Of a DNA stretch of 64,000 nt, positions 38,218-46,881 are shown one piece after another (positions within the stretch are counted from its first letter, which is position 1; each line of letters starts with the position of its first letter). The notes under the pieces were generated by a model. That model was not told where the DNA came from. It was given only the letters and a program-made list of their open reading frames with translations, and searched no databases. The position numbers and the translations under genes were made by a program. This DNA comes from Candidatus Multivorans sp. (GTDB taxonomy: Bacteria > Acidobacteriota > Thermoanaerobaculia > Multivoradales > Multivoraceae), in the NCBI GenBank assembly GCA_965247095.1, contig OZ251997.1, forward strand, positions 544,001 to 608,000, in the 5' to 3' direction.

Positions 38218-39578
38218 TCGATGTGGGTGCTGTACAGGTAGTCGTTCAGGATGCTCTCGAGCTCCTCCTGCCGGCCGCTCGTCCTGGGCGGTTCGCCGAG
38301 CCCGCCGGCCCACTCCTCCAGCTCCTCGAGAGTGGTCTCGCCGGCCATGAGCTTGCGTCCCAGGCCGCGGCGGTAGCCGGCGTAGCGCTGCCGGATGCGC
38401 TTGCCGGCCAGGCCCAGGACGCCGTCGCGCTTGATCCGGTCGACGATCAGGAGCGCCTTTGCGAACACGTCCATCGACGCGATGTGGGCGTAGAACAGGT
38501 CGACCGTGTCGAAGGAGCCGCGCCGCACCTTGGCGTCGAAGTTCAGGCCGCCCCAGCGCAGGCCGCCCTGACCGCGAATGATGAGCAGGGCGAGGACGCA
38601 CTCGCGCAGGCTCATGGCGAAGTTGTCCGTGTCCCAGCCGACGCCTTCCAGGCCGCGGTTGATGTCGACGCTGCCGAGCATGCCGGCGCCCGCCGCGGTC
38701 GCCAGTTCGTGCTCGAAGGAGTGGGTGGCGAGCGTCGCGTGATTCGCCTCGACGTTGAGTAGAAGATCGCCCATCAGGTCGAACTCGCGCAGGAAGTTCA
38801 GGCAGTGCGCGCAGTCGAAGTCGTACTGGTGGACCGAGGGCTCCTTCGCCTTGGGCTCGAGGAAGAACTTGCCCTCGAAGCCCTGACGCCGCGCGTAGTC
38901 GACGGCGAGCCGGAGGAAGGCGGCCATCTGCTCGCGTTCGCGGCGCATGTCCGTGTTGATCAGCGACGTGTAGCCCTCACGGCCGCCCCAGAACACGTAG
39001 CCGGTGCCGTCGAGCTCGATCGTGGCGTCGATTGCGCTCCGGACCTGGGCCGCGGCGTGGGCGAAGACCCGGGGGTCGGGGTTGGTCGCCGCGCCGTGCG
39101 TGTAGCGGGGGTGGCCGAACAGGTTGGCGGTGCCCCAGAGCAGTTTGACGCCGGTCTCGCGCTGCCTGACCTGAGCCAATTGGACGATCTCCTCCAGGTA
39201 CTCGTTGCTCTCGGCAACCGAGCGGCCCTCGGGCGCGATGTCCCGGTCGTGGAAGCAGTAGTAGCGCACGCCGAGCTTGGTGAAGAACTCGAACGCGGCG
39301 TTGAGCGTCCGCTGGGCGACCTGGATCGGGGTCGGCGCGTGGTTCCAGGGGCGGTCGTACACCGGATCCGGTCCGAACGGATCCTGGCCGCCGCCCTTGA
39401 AGGTGTGCCAGTAGGCGACCGCGAACTTGAGTTGCCGCTCCATCGTGGTGCGGCCGACCTTGCGCGTGCGGTCGTAGTACTTGAACGCTAGCGGGTCGCG
39501 GCTGTCCGGCCCGTGGAACGGAATCGCCTTCTGGATCTCCGGGAAGAACGGCTCGACTTCGGGGAAGAAGGGGGTCAT
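38214..39578 (-). CDS. xylA: Xylose isomerase (class II)
   Basis: PLAFKYYD, FAVAYWHTF, CFHDRD, LWGTANLF, FWGGREGY, EPKAKEP, HQYDFD, NVEANHA, GWDTD, NFDAK. ATG at 39578. Confidence 0.96.
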   Translation of the reverse strand: MTPFFPEVEPFFPEIQKAIPFHGPDSRDPLAFKYYDRTRKVGRTTMERQLKFAVAYWHTFKGGGQDPFGPDPVYDRPWNHAPTPIQVAQRTLNAAFEFFTKLGVRYYCFHDRDIAPEGRSVAESNEYLEEIVQLAQVRQRETGVKLLWGTANLFGHPRYTHGAATNPDPRVFAHAAAQVRSAIDATIELDGTGYVFWGGREGYTSLINTDMRREREQMAAFLRLAVDYARRQGFEGKFFLEPKAKEPSVHQYDFDCAHCLNFLREFDLMGDLLLNVEANHATLATHSFEHELATAAGAGMLGSVDINRGLEGVGWDTDNFAMSLRECVLALLIIRGQGGLRWGGLNFDAKVRRGSFDTVDLFYAHIASMDVFAKALLIVDRIKRDGVLGLAGKRIRQRYAGYRRGLGRKLMAGETTLEELEEWAGGLGEPPRTSGRQEELESILNDYLYSTHIE

Positions 39579-39610
39579 CGAACTGCGAGCAGCCTCCGTT
39601 GAAGGGTTAC

Positions 39611-40606
39611 TCAGTTGTCCTCGAACGCGGCGTCGAAGGCGATCGCCGAGGGTGCGAAATCGAGCGCCCTGACGAAGTCGGCCGCTTCGGCGGCGCCGTG
39701 CTCTCGGTCCATGCCGGAGTCCTCCCACTCGACGGAGAGCGGACCGTCGTAGCCGATGTCGTTGAGCGCACGGATGATCTCCTCGAAGTCGACCGAGCCG
39801 CGGCCGGGCGAGCGGAAGTCCCAGAACCGGCGGTGGTCGCCGAAGTTCGTGTGGCCGCCGAAGACGCCGCAGGGCTTGGGCCCGTCGGACCACCAGGCGT
39901 CCTTGATGTGGACGTGGAAGATGCGGTCGCCGAAGCGGCGGATGAAGTCCACGTAGTCGACGCCCTGGTAGCCGAGGTGGCTGGGGTCGTAGTTGAAGCC
40001 GAAGGCCGGGTGACCGCCCACCGCCTCGATGGCGCGCTCGGCGCTGACGGTGTCGAAGGCGATCTCGGTCGGGTGCACCTCCAGCCCGAAGCGCACGCCG
40101 AGCTCCTGGTAGGCGTCGAGGATCGGCGTCCAGCGGGCGGCAAAGTCGGCGAACCCGTCGTCGATCATCGCCGGCGGCACCGGCGGGAACGAGTAGAGCA
40201 GGTGCCAGATCGAGCTCCCGACGAACCCGTTCACCACCTCGAGACCGAGGGCCTTGGCCGCTTCGCCGGTGCGGATCATCTCGTCGGCAGCCCTCCTGCG
40301 GACATCCTCCGGGTCGCCGTTGCCCCAGACATGCGGCGGCAGGATCGCCTCGTGCCGGGCATCGATGCGGTCGCAAACGGCCTGACCCACCAGGTGATTG
40401 CTGATCGCGAACAGTTCGAGACCGTGCTGCTCAAGCAGTTCGCGCCGCGAGGCCGCGTAGGAGTCGTCGCAGCGGTCGACTTCGACGTGGTCGCCCCAGC
40501 AGGCGAGTTCCACGCCGTCGTATCCGAGGTCGCGCGCCAGCGGGCAGAGGTCGGCGACCGGCAGATCGGCCCACTGGCCGGTGAAGAGGGTTACGGGTCG
40601 GGCCAC
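39611..40606 (-). CDS. Sugar phosphate isomerase/epimerase (AP endonuclease-2 TIM barrel)
   Basis: [50 protein letters not shown]. Confidence 0.9.
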   Translation of the reverse strand: MARPVTLFTGQWADLPVADLCPLARDLGYDGVELACWGDHVEVDRCDDSYAASRRELLEQHGLELFAISNHLVGQAVCDRIDARHEAILPPHVWGNGDPEDVRRRAADEMIRTGEAAKALGLEVVNGFVGSSIWHLLYSFPPVPPAMIDDGFADFAARWTPILDAYQELGVRFGLEVHPTEIAFDTVSAERAIEAVGGHPAFGFNYDPSHLGYQGVDYVDFIRRFGDRIFHVHIKDAWWSDGPKPCGVFGGHTNFGDHRRFWDFRSPGRGSVDFEEIIRALNDIGYDGPLSVEWEDSGMDREHGAAEAADFVRALDFAPSAIAFDAAFEDN

Positions 40607-40666
40607 GGTGCGTCTCCTACGGGTTGCTGCTTCCGTTTCGGTTCGGGTTCGGCGCCTGCCGCTGCG

Positions 40667-41824
40667 TCAGCCCGGCATCCTGAGCCACTTCTGATCGCTC
40701 TGGCTGCTCGCGACCACGGTCTCGATGAACTGCATCCCGCGCAGGCCGTCGTGGACGGTGGGGAAGTCGAGCATCGTCGGGTCGGGTTCGACTCCGCGCC
40801 GGCGGCAGTCGAGGGTCCGGGCGAAGTTCCGGTACAGGTTGGCGAACGCCTCGAGGAAGCCCTCGGGGTGGCCGGCCGGCAGCCTCGTGTGCGCCGCGGC
40901 GTCGTCGCACAAACCCTGGCCGGAAGTCCGCAGGATCTCACGCGGACGATCGAGCCACTTGAGGATCAGCGTGTTCGGCTCTTCCTGGCGCCACTCGAGA
41001 CCCCCGGTTTCACCGTAGACCCGGATCGCCAGCGCGTTCTCCTCGTCGATGGAGATCTGGGAGGCGTAGAGAACGCCGCGGGCCCCGTTGTCGAAGCGCA
41101 GCAGCACGTTGCCGTCGTCCTCCAGCGGCCGGCCGTCGACGAAGGTGGTCAGGTCGGCGCACAGGGACTCGATGCGGAGGCCGGTGATCGCCTCGGCGAG
41201 GTTCTCGGCGTGCGTTCCGATGTCGCCGATGCAGCAACTGATGCCGGCGCGTTCCGGGTCGGTGCGCCAGTCCGCCTGCTTCTGGCCCTCCGCTTCGAGT
41301 TCGGTGGCGAGCCAGCCCTGCGGATACTCGACGACGATCTTGCGCACCTTGCCGAGCTGACCGCTCCGGACCCGGTGCCGGGCCTCCTTGACCATCGGGT
41401 AGCCGGTGTAGTTGTGGGTCAGGCCGAAGACGAGGCCGGTCCGTTCGACTGTTGCCACCAGGGCCTCGGCCTCGGCCGCCGACTTCGTCATCGGCTTGTC
41501 GCTCATCACATGAAAGCCGGCTTCGAGCGCCGCCGACGCGACTGGAAAGTGCATGTGGTTCGGGGTGACGATGGAGACGAAGTCCATGCGCTCGGACGGG
41601 TCCAGGCGGGCTTCGCGCTCCATCATCTCCTGGTAGGCGCCGTAGCACCGCTCGGGCGGCAGGAAGAGGTCGGCGCCGGAGGCCCGCGAACGCGCCGGGT
41701 CCGAACTGAAGGCGCCGCCGACGAGCTCGATCAGCCCGTCGAGGCCGGCCGCCATGCGGTGGACGGCGCCGATGAAGGCGCCCTGGCCGCCGCCGACCAT
41801 GCCCATGCGGATCTTCCGTTCCAT
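40667..41824 (-). CDS. Gfo/Idh/MocA-family NAD(P) oxidoreductase
   Basis: [65 protein letters not shown]. Confidence 0.93.
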   Translation of the reverse strand: MERKIRMGMVGGGQGAFIGAVHRMAAGLDGLIELVGGAFSSDPARSRASGADLFLPPERCYGAYQEMMEREARLDPSERMDFVSIVTPNHMHFPVASAALEAGFHVMSDKPMTKSAAEAEALVATVERTGLVFGLTHNYTGYPMVKEARHRVRSGQLGKVRKIVVEYPQGWLATELEAEGQKQADWRTDPERAGISCCIGDIGTHAENLAEAITGLRIESLCADLTTFVDGRPLEDDGNVLLRFDNGARGVLYASQISIDEENALAIRVYGETGGLEWRQEEPNTLILKWLDRPREILRTSGQGLCDDAAAHTRLPAGHPEGFLEAFANLYRNFARTLDCRRRGVEPDPTMLDFPTVHDGLRGMQFIETVVASSQSDQKWLRMPG

Positions 41825-41843
41825 CGCGCGCTCTTCTGAGCGG

Positions 41844-43289
41844 CTACTCCACTGCCGCTCCCTGTGCTCCTTCCTCGATCGCGAAGAGCTCCGAGCGGGT
41901 GGCGACGTAGAGGACGCCGTCCTTGGCGAAGGGGGTCGTGTACACCGCTCCTTCCATGAACACCTCGTTGATCAGGTTCTCCTCGCGACCCGTAGCGAGA
42001 ATCGCGACCTCGCCATCCTCGTCGCCGATGTAGATCTTGCCGTCGACAACGAAGGTCGATCCCCAGATCGCCGCGTAGGTGTGGTGCATCCACAGCAGCT
42101 CGCCGGTCTCCTCGTCGAAGCAGTAGACGTGCCCCGAGAGGTCCGCGATGTAGACCAGCCCGTCGTGGACGGAGGCGGTGGACATGGTGCGGTGGAAGTT
42201 CTCGCCGCCGACATGCCAGACCTCACCTGTCTCGCCGATGTCTCCGGTCCCGGAGGCGTCGATCTTGAAGAAGTGCCCGGGTCCCTCTCCATGTTCCGGA
42301 TCCTGGCCCACGCCGACGTAGACGACGTCGTTGTGGAACACCGGCGTCGAGATGATGTTGTTCCGGGTGCCCTTGCCTCCGAGTTCCCACACCGATTCCT
42401 TCGGGTTCGCGTCGAAGGTCCAGATCAACTCGCCGGTGTCCGGCGCGAAGGAATAGACCACCCCCTCGCCACCCGGGATGACGATCTGGGCGCGCCCGCC
42501 GGCGACACCGGCTGCCGGGTTGGACCAGGTCCCGTGGAGGATCTTCTCGCGCGGGTGAGCGCTCTCCCACACCAGTTCGCCCGTGTACTTGTTCAAGGCG
42601 ACGAAGCTCGGTCCCAGCGGCGACGGGATGTTGATGTGACCTTCGTCGACGCCCTGGCCCGTGGTCGCGACGACGACGTCGCCGACCACCAGGGGCGAGC
42701 CGGCGGCGAGATTGTGGGGGAAGACGTCCAGCTCCGCGATCATGTCGAAGGACCACACGATGTCCGCGTCGAGTTCGTCGCCGTACTGCTCGTTCTGGAT
42801 GCCGTCGTTGCCATCCGCGAAGCCGTCGACATCGACGGCGACGAACTCCGCCCGGTTGGTGACGTAGTAGACGAGGTCGCCTTCGATGTAGGGCGTCGAG
42901 CAGATGCCCTGGAGTGGCCAGTCGTTGACCCGTCCGGCGGGGAGCTTGTCGTGGGTGGCCTGCCAGAGGAGTTCGCCGTCGCTCTCGCGGAAGGCGATCA
43001 GCACCCCCTTGTCGCCGACGATGCCCGGCCGGCGCTCACCCTCGTTGTTCGTACCGACGAAGACCTTGCCGTCATAGATGATCGGGCCGGCGTAGGTCTG
43101 GGAGCCGAGTTTCTGTTTCCACTTGATGTTCCTGCCGGACAGGACGTTCCAGTCGGTGGGGACGCCGGTCTCGGAGGACACCATGTTGCGCGAAGGGGTC
43201 AAGCCGAACATGGCCGGCGGGTCCTCCGCCAGCGCCGCAGCGGCGCCGGTGGAGATCAGAAACGCTGCTGCCACGCACGCCTTGGTCAT
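41844..43289 (-). CDS. Secreted PQQ-like beta-propeller repeat protein
   Basis: Signal peptide, [16 protein letters not shown], repeated TGEL(I/V/L)W blades, [18 protein letters not shown]. Confidence 0.87.
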   Translation of the reverse strand: MTKACVAAAFLISTGAAAALAEDPPAMFGLTPSRNMVSSETGVPTDWNVLSGRNIKWKQKLGSQTYAGPIIYDGKVFVGTNNEGERRPGIVGDKGVLIAFRESDGELLWQATHDKLPAGRVNDWPLQGICSTPYIEGDLVYYVTNRAEFVAVDVDGFADGNDGIQNEQYGDELDADIVWSFDMIAELDVFPHNLAAGSPLVVGDVVVATTGQGVDEGHINIPSPLGPSFVALNKYTGELVWESAHPREKILHGTWSNPAAGVAGGRAQIVIPGGEGVVYSFAPDTGELIWTFDANPKESVWELGGKGTRNNIISTPVFHNDVVYVGVGQDPEHGEGPGHFFKIDASGTGDIGETGEVWHVGGENFHRTMSTASVHDGLVYIADLSGHVYCFDEETGELLWMHHTYAAIWGSTFVVDGKIYIGDEDGEVAILATGREENLINEVFMEGAVYTTPFAKDGVLYVATRSELFAIEEGAQGAAVE

Positions 43290-43359
43290 GCTCCCCTCCT
43301 CGGGTTCAGTGGATTCGTGCTGCCCTCTCCAACTATCCAGGAGTTCATATTTCAGGTGC

Positions 43360-45540
43360 TCAGTTGCCGGTGATCCGCACGTTGTCGTAGGACACGACCG
43401 ACGGGGAGTAGCCGAGAATCCCGGGAGAGCCGTTCCGGATCGGGTGGGGATCTTCTGCCGTGACAGTCCAGTCGGCGGGCTCCTCCGAGCCGCGGGGCCA
43501 CACCTTGCCGCGGATCGTGGCCGTGTCTTCGACTGTTTCCACCTGGAGCTTCATCGTGTACCAGCGATCCATCTCGAATGCGAAGTCGACCGTCTGCTCG
43601 ACCCGGAGTTGGGCCGACCAGGACCGGATCTGCAGCCGCTGGTGAATGCCCGCCAGGTCGAGGATGTAGCCGCTGTTGATCAGCCCCGCATCGGACTTGC
43701 GGCGGCCCTTCTGCGAGTTGCGCACGTCGGCCTGAATCGTGTAGTTGCTGAGAGACGGGGGGCCGAGGAGAACTGGCGAGCGCAAGAGGCCCCGCTCTGC
43801 GACCGGCTTGATCAGGATGCTGTCGCCGTCTTCTTCGGCGATGTCGTAGCGGCCGCCGCCGATCCAGTAACCGCGCTTGCCGCTGGAGAAGTCCTCGGTC
43901 CAGGGCAGGGGCGGGAAGACGCGGATGCGGGCTTCGGCAGTAAGGTCGCCGCTGGTCGCGACCAGGGCGCCGGCCTGGAAGGTCGAGTCCTCGGCGAAAC
44001 GGACGGTGCTGCCCGTAACTTCCGCCTCGAACCCCTTGAGCGACCAGTTGGCTTCGACGGCGCCCAACGGCCGGCCGAGGGCGTCGTAGGCGAAGACCTC
44101 GAAATCGTGACTCTCGCCAGGCTTGGTTGTGATCTCTGCGGGAACGACGAGCAGGGTCGCCGGCGGTCCCTCCGGTTCCCCCTCGTCTCCGCGGCTGGGA
44201 AGCGGGGAAGCCGTCACCTCGAACGGCGCGTCCTTGTCGCCGAGGCAGTAGACGCCCTCCTCGGTCGTGAAGTAGATCCGTCCGTAGGCGATCGCCGCGG
44301 AGCCGTACAACTCCGCGTATCGGCCGTCCGGGACCTTCAGTTGGTGCCGGCTCAGGATCTCGGCGCTCGTGTCTCCCGGCCGGATGATCGCGAAGTGGCC
44401 GTTCGTCTCACCGGCGTAGATCTTGCCGTCGGCCCACACCGGCGACGCCTTGCCGACGGTGCCGATGCTGAGTTCCCAGAGAACCTCGCCGGTATCCGCG
44501 TCGACCGCGGCCATGTTCCCGGAGTTGTTCACGATGTACAGATGGCCGTCGTGGAGAGCGGGCGACGGGAAACCCGCCTTGTTCCGGTTCCACCGCCACA
44601 GCTCGTGGGTCGTCGTGATGTCGCCGCTGCCGGTGCCGTCGATCGCGATGACGCGCCCGAGCGCGCCTTCGTCGATGTTCTCCTCGCTGTGCGAGATGAA
44701 CACTCTGCCCTGGTCGTCGACCACGGGCGAGGCGTTGATGCCGCGCTTCGAGAGGTTGAACTCCCACACCTTCTTGCCGGTGCGTGCCTGGAGAGCGTAG
44801 ATGTGCCCGTCCGCGTTGCCGGTGATCAACAAGCGCTGGCCGTTGATCACGGTCACGATCGGGATCGACTGCGTGTTCCGGTCGTGGATCGTGCCCCCCG
44901 GCGTGGACATCCACTGGACTTCCCCGGTCCGCTTGTCGAAGGCGTAGTAGCGATGCCGGGGTATGCCCTGGTTGCCCCAACTGCCGTTGTTCATGTTGAC
45001 GATGATCAGATCCTCGTCGATCGCCGGAGAGGCGGTCCTGCCGCCGTAGCCCTCGAAGCGGCCATGCTCTTCCTTGAGGGAGCGCGACCAGACCAGATTG
45101 CCGTCGCGGTCATGGCAGAGGAAGAGACCGCTGACCAACTGGGCGTAGGTGTAGCCGGTCTCCGCATCGCCGGTGAGGGAGGCCCAGCCGACCCGGTTCA
45201 TGGCCACCGTGGTCAGGTACAGGTTGTACCGGCGTTCCCAGAGCGACTCGCCGGTGCCGGCGTCGAACGCCGCGATGACAGCCTGCTCGTGGATTCCCGA
45301 GCCAACTCGTCCGTTGACGAACACTCGCCCTCCCATCACGACCGGCGTCGAACGGGCGGTGAAGTCCTGGCGCCAGATCAGGTTCTCCCCCTCCGGGCTC
45401 CAGGTGTCGATCAGACCGGTCTGAGGCGAATAGCCGTTCTGGTACGGGCCGCGCCAGGAGGTCCACTCCTCGGCCTGCAGCGAGGTGGCGGCCAGCGCCA
45501 AGGCGAGCAGGATTGAACAGGACTGAAGGCGGTTCCTCAT
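43360..45540 (-). CDS. Secreted PQQ-like beta-propeller protein with C-terminal beta-sandwich domains
   Basis: AEEWTSWRGPYQNG, multiple TGExxW blades, ASPVWADGKIY, C-terminal NYTIQADV..WYTMKLQV..IRGKVWPRG..SYDNVRI. ATG at 45540. Confidence 0.87.
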   Translation of the reverse strand: MRNRLQSCSILLALALAATSLQAEEWTSWRGPYQNGYSPQTGLIDTWSPEGENLIWRQDFTARSTPVVMGGRVFVNGRVGSGIHEQAVIAAFDAGTGESLWERRYNLYLTTVAMNRVGWASLTGDAETGYTYAQLVSGLFLCHDRDGNLVWSRSLKEEHGRFEGYGGRTASPAIDEDLIIVNMNNGSWGNQGIPRHRYYAFDKRTGEVQWMSTPGGTIHDRNTQSIPIVTVINGQRLLITGNADGHIYALQARTGKKVWEFNLSKRGINASPVVDDQGRVFISHSEENIDEGALGRVIAIDGTGSGDITTTHELWRWNRNKAGFPSPALHDGHLYIVNNSGNMAAVDADTGEVLWELSIGTVGKASPVWADGKIYAGETNGHFAIIRPGDTSAEILSRHQLKVPDGRYAELYGSAAIAYGRIYFTTEEGVYCLGDKDAPFEVTASPLPSRGDEGEPEGPPATLLVVPAEITTKPGESHDFEVFAYDALGRPLGAVEANWSLKGFEAEVTGSTVRFAEDSTFQAGALVATSGDLTAEARIRVFPPLPWTEDFSSGKRGYWIGGGRYDIAEEDGDSILIKPVAERGLLRSPVLLGPPSLSNYTIQADVRNSQKGRRKSDAGLINSGYILDLAGIHQRLQIRSWSAQLRVEQTVDFAFEMDRWYTMKLQVETVEDTATIRGKVWPRGSEEPADWTVTAEDPHPIRNGSPGILGYSPSVVSYDNVRITGN

Positions 45541-45661
45541 CTCGGCTCCTTGCCAGGGTATTGGGAAGCGGGCAGCGGCCCTGCACGCGGCGCTCATTCT
45601 AGGCAGATTTCCCCTGAGGCCGCTTTCGCCTCGGGTGTTCGCGGTTCGGCGGATGATGTCT

Positions 45662-46627
45662 CTACTCGGCTTCCTCGGCTTCCTCGGCTTCCTCGGCCTC
45701 GGCGGCCGCCTGCGCCGCGGCCATCTGCTCCTGCCAGTTGGCGGGATAGATCATCGCCATGAGCGTTGACTGCTCGGACTTGTACTGCACCATGGCACCC
45801 TTCGGCAGCCAGATGGCGTCGCCGGGACCGACCTCGTGGCTGTTCTCGCCGGAGAGGATCGTGAGGTGGCCCTCGAGGTTGTAGAGGTACTCGTCGAACG
45901 GCATCGGGCGCTGTTCCTGGGTATCGAAGTTCTCCAGCACCGTGAGCGCGCAATGCAGGGTGTCGGCGACCGCCACCACGCCTGGCGCGCTTGCGGGCCC
46001 GACATCGGAGCCGGTGCTGATGCCCGGCCCGTACTCGACGATCTGACGGTCGGCTGCCGCGACGAAGGACACCGGCGCCGGTTCGCCCTCCATCGACCAG
46101 TTCTCGTCGGCGGGTGTCCAGTCGACGGGGTAGACGCCGATGACGTTCGTTGCCCTCTCGCCGGCCTGTAGCCTTTTTGCCACGGTCCCCTTGGGAATCC
46201 ACAGACCGTCGCCCGGGCCGATCTCGAACACCGCGTCCTCAGTCTCGATCGTCAGGATTCCGCCCTCGAGGCCGTAGATGTACTCGTCGTAGGTGTACGT
46301 CCAGTTCTCGAGCAGATAATTCTCCCAGTGCGCGATGACGTGCGCGGTGGTCGTGCTTCCAGCCACCGAACCCATCGCGGTGGGGTCGCCGACGTCCGAC
46401 GCCGTCATGAGGGCCGCGTTGCCGGGTGTGAGTTCGTGGAACTCCCGGGCGTCGCCCTTGATGACGACGATCTCTCCGACCGGCGCCGGCACTTCGCGAA
46501 CGGCCGGCTCCTCGGCTGGGGCTTCCGCCTCTTCTTCGGCCGGGGCGCAGGCCAGGAAGGCAACGCCCACCGTAAGCACGCTGATGGCCAGGATCGGGGT
46601 TCTTCGGACAGTCTGGATAGACAACAT
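45662..46627 (-). CDS. Lipoprotein with two EutQ-like cupin domains
   Basis: Lipobox FLAC, WTYTYDEYIYGLEGGILTI..IGPGDGLWIPKG and PFDEYLYNLEGHLTI..VGPGDAIWLPKG, EEAEEA tail from a 9-bp repeat. Start 46627 or 46654. Confidence 0.78.
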   Translation of the reverse strand: MLSIQTVRRTPILAISVLTVGVAFLACAPAEEEAEAPAEEPAVREVPAPVGEIVVIKGDAREFHELTPGNAALMTASDVGDPTAMGSVAGSTTTAHVIAHWENYLLENWTYTYDEYIYGLEGGILTIETEDAVFEIGPGDGLWIPKGTVAKRLQAGERATNVIGVYPVDWTPADENWSMEGEPAPVSFVAAADRQIVEYGPGISTGSDVGPASAPGVVAVADTLHCALTVLENFDTQEQRPMPFDEYLYNLEGHLTILSGENSHEVGPGDAIWLPKGAMVQYKSEQSTLMAMIYPANWQEQMAAAQAAAEAEEAEEAEEAE

Positions 46628-46665
46628 TCTGTTCTCCCTGTTGCGGAACCTCATCTCCCAATCTT

Positions 46666-46682
46666 CCTTAGGAAAACCTAAG
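46666..46682. promoter_or_regulatory. Putative transcription-factor box CTTAGG-N5-CTAAGG (minus-strand reading)
   Basis: ccttaggaaaacctaag lies in an AT-rich divergent intergenic region and is near-identical to 53926-53942. Confidence 0.5.
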
Positions 46683-46824
46683 AAACTTCCAACGGCGGCA
46701 AGGAACCCGAGTTTGGGCCTGCAGTCCTTTGCGGGAGACGTGTGGATAAGCCTTCGTGTGGCAACGCAGGACGCTTGCGGCAGCCGTTAGGATGAGTGTG
46801 CAGCATACTGAGCGACGCCTTCAG

Positions 46825-46881
46825 GGTCAAGAAGACACAGCGCGGTCAAGAGAACACAGCGTGGTCAAGAAGACACAGCGA
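46825..46881 (+). repeat. Tandem repeat, 3 x 19 bp
   Basis: ggtcaagaagacacagcgc / ggtcaagagaacacagcgt / ggtcaagaagacacagcga. Confidence 0.92.

Noticed and set aside
36631-40376. Long N-terminal extensions on xylB (656 aa) and xylA (720 aa)
   Set aside because: Arg/Pro-rich alternate-frame overlaps with upstream genes; real starts are at 38217 and 39578.
46825-46881. 19-bp repeats as a mini CRISPR array
   Set aside because: Units are contiguous with no spacers, and there are no cas genes.
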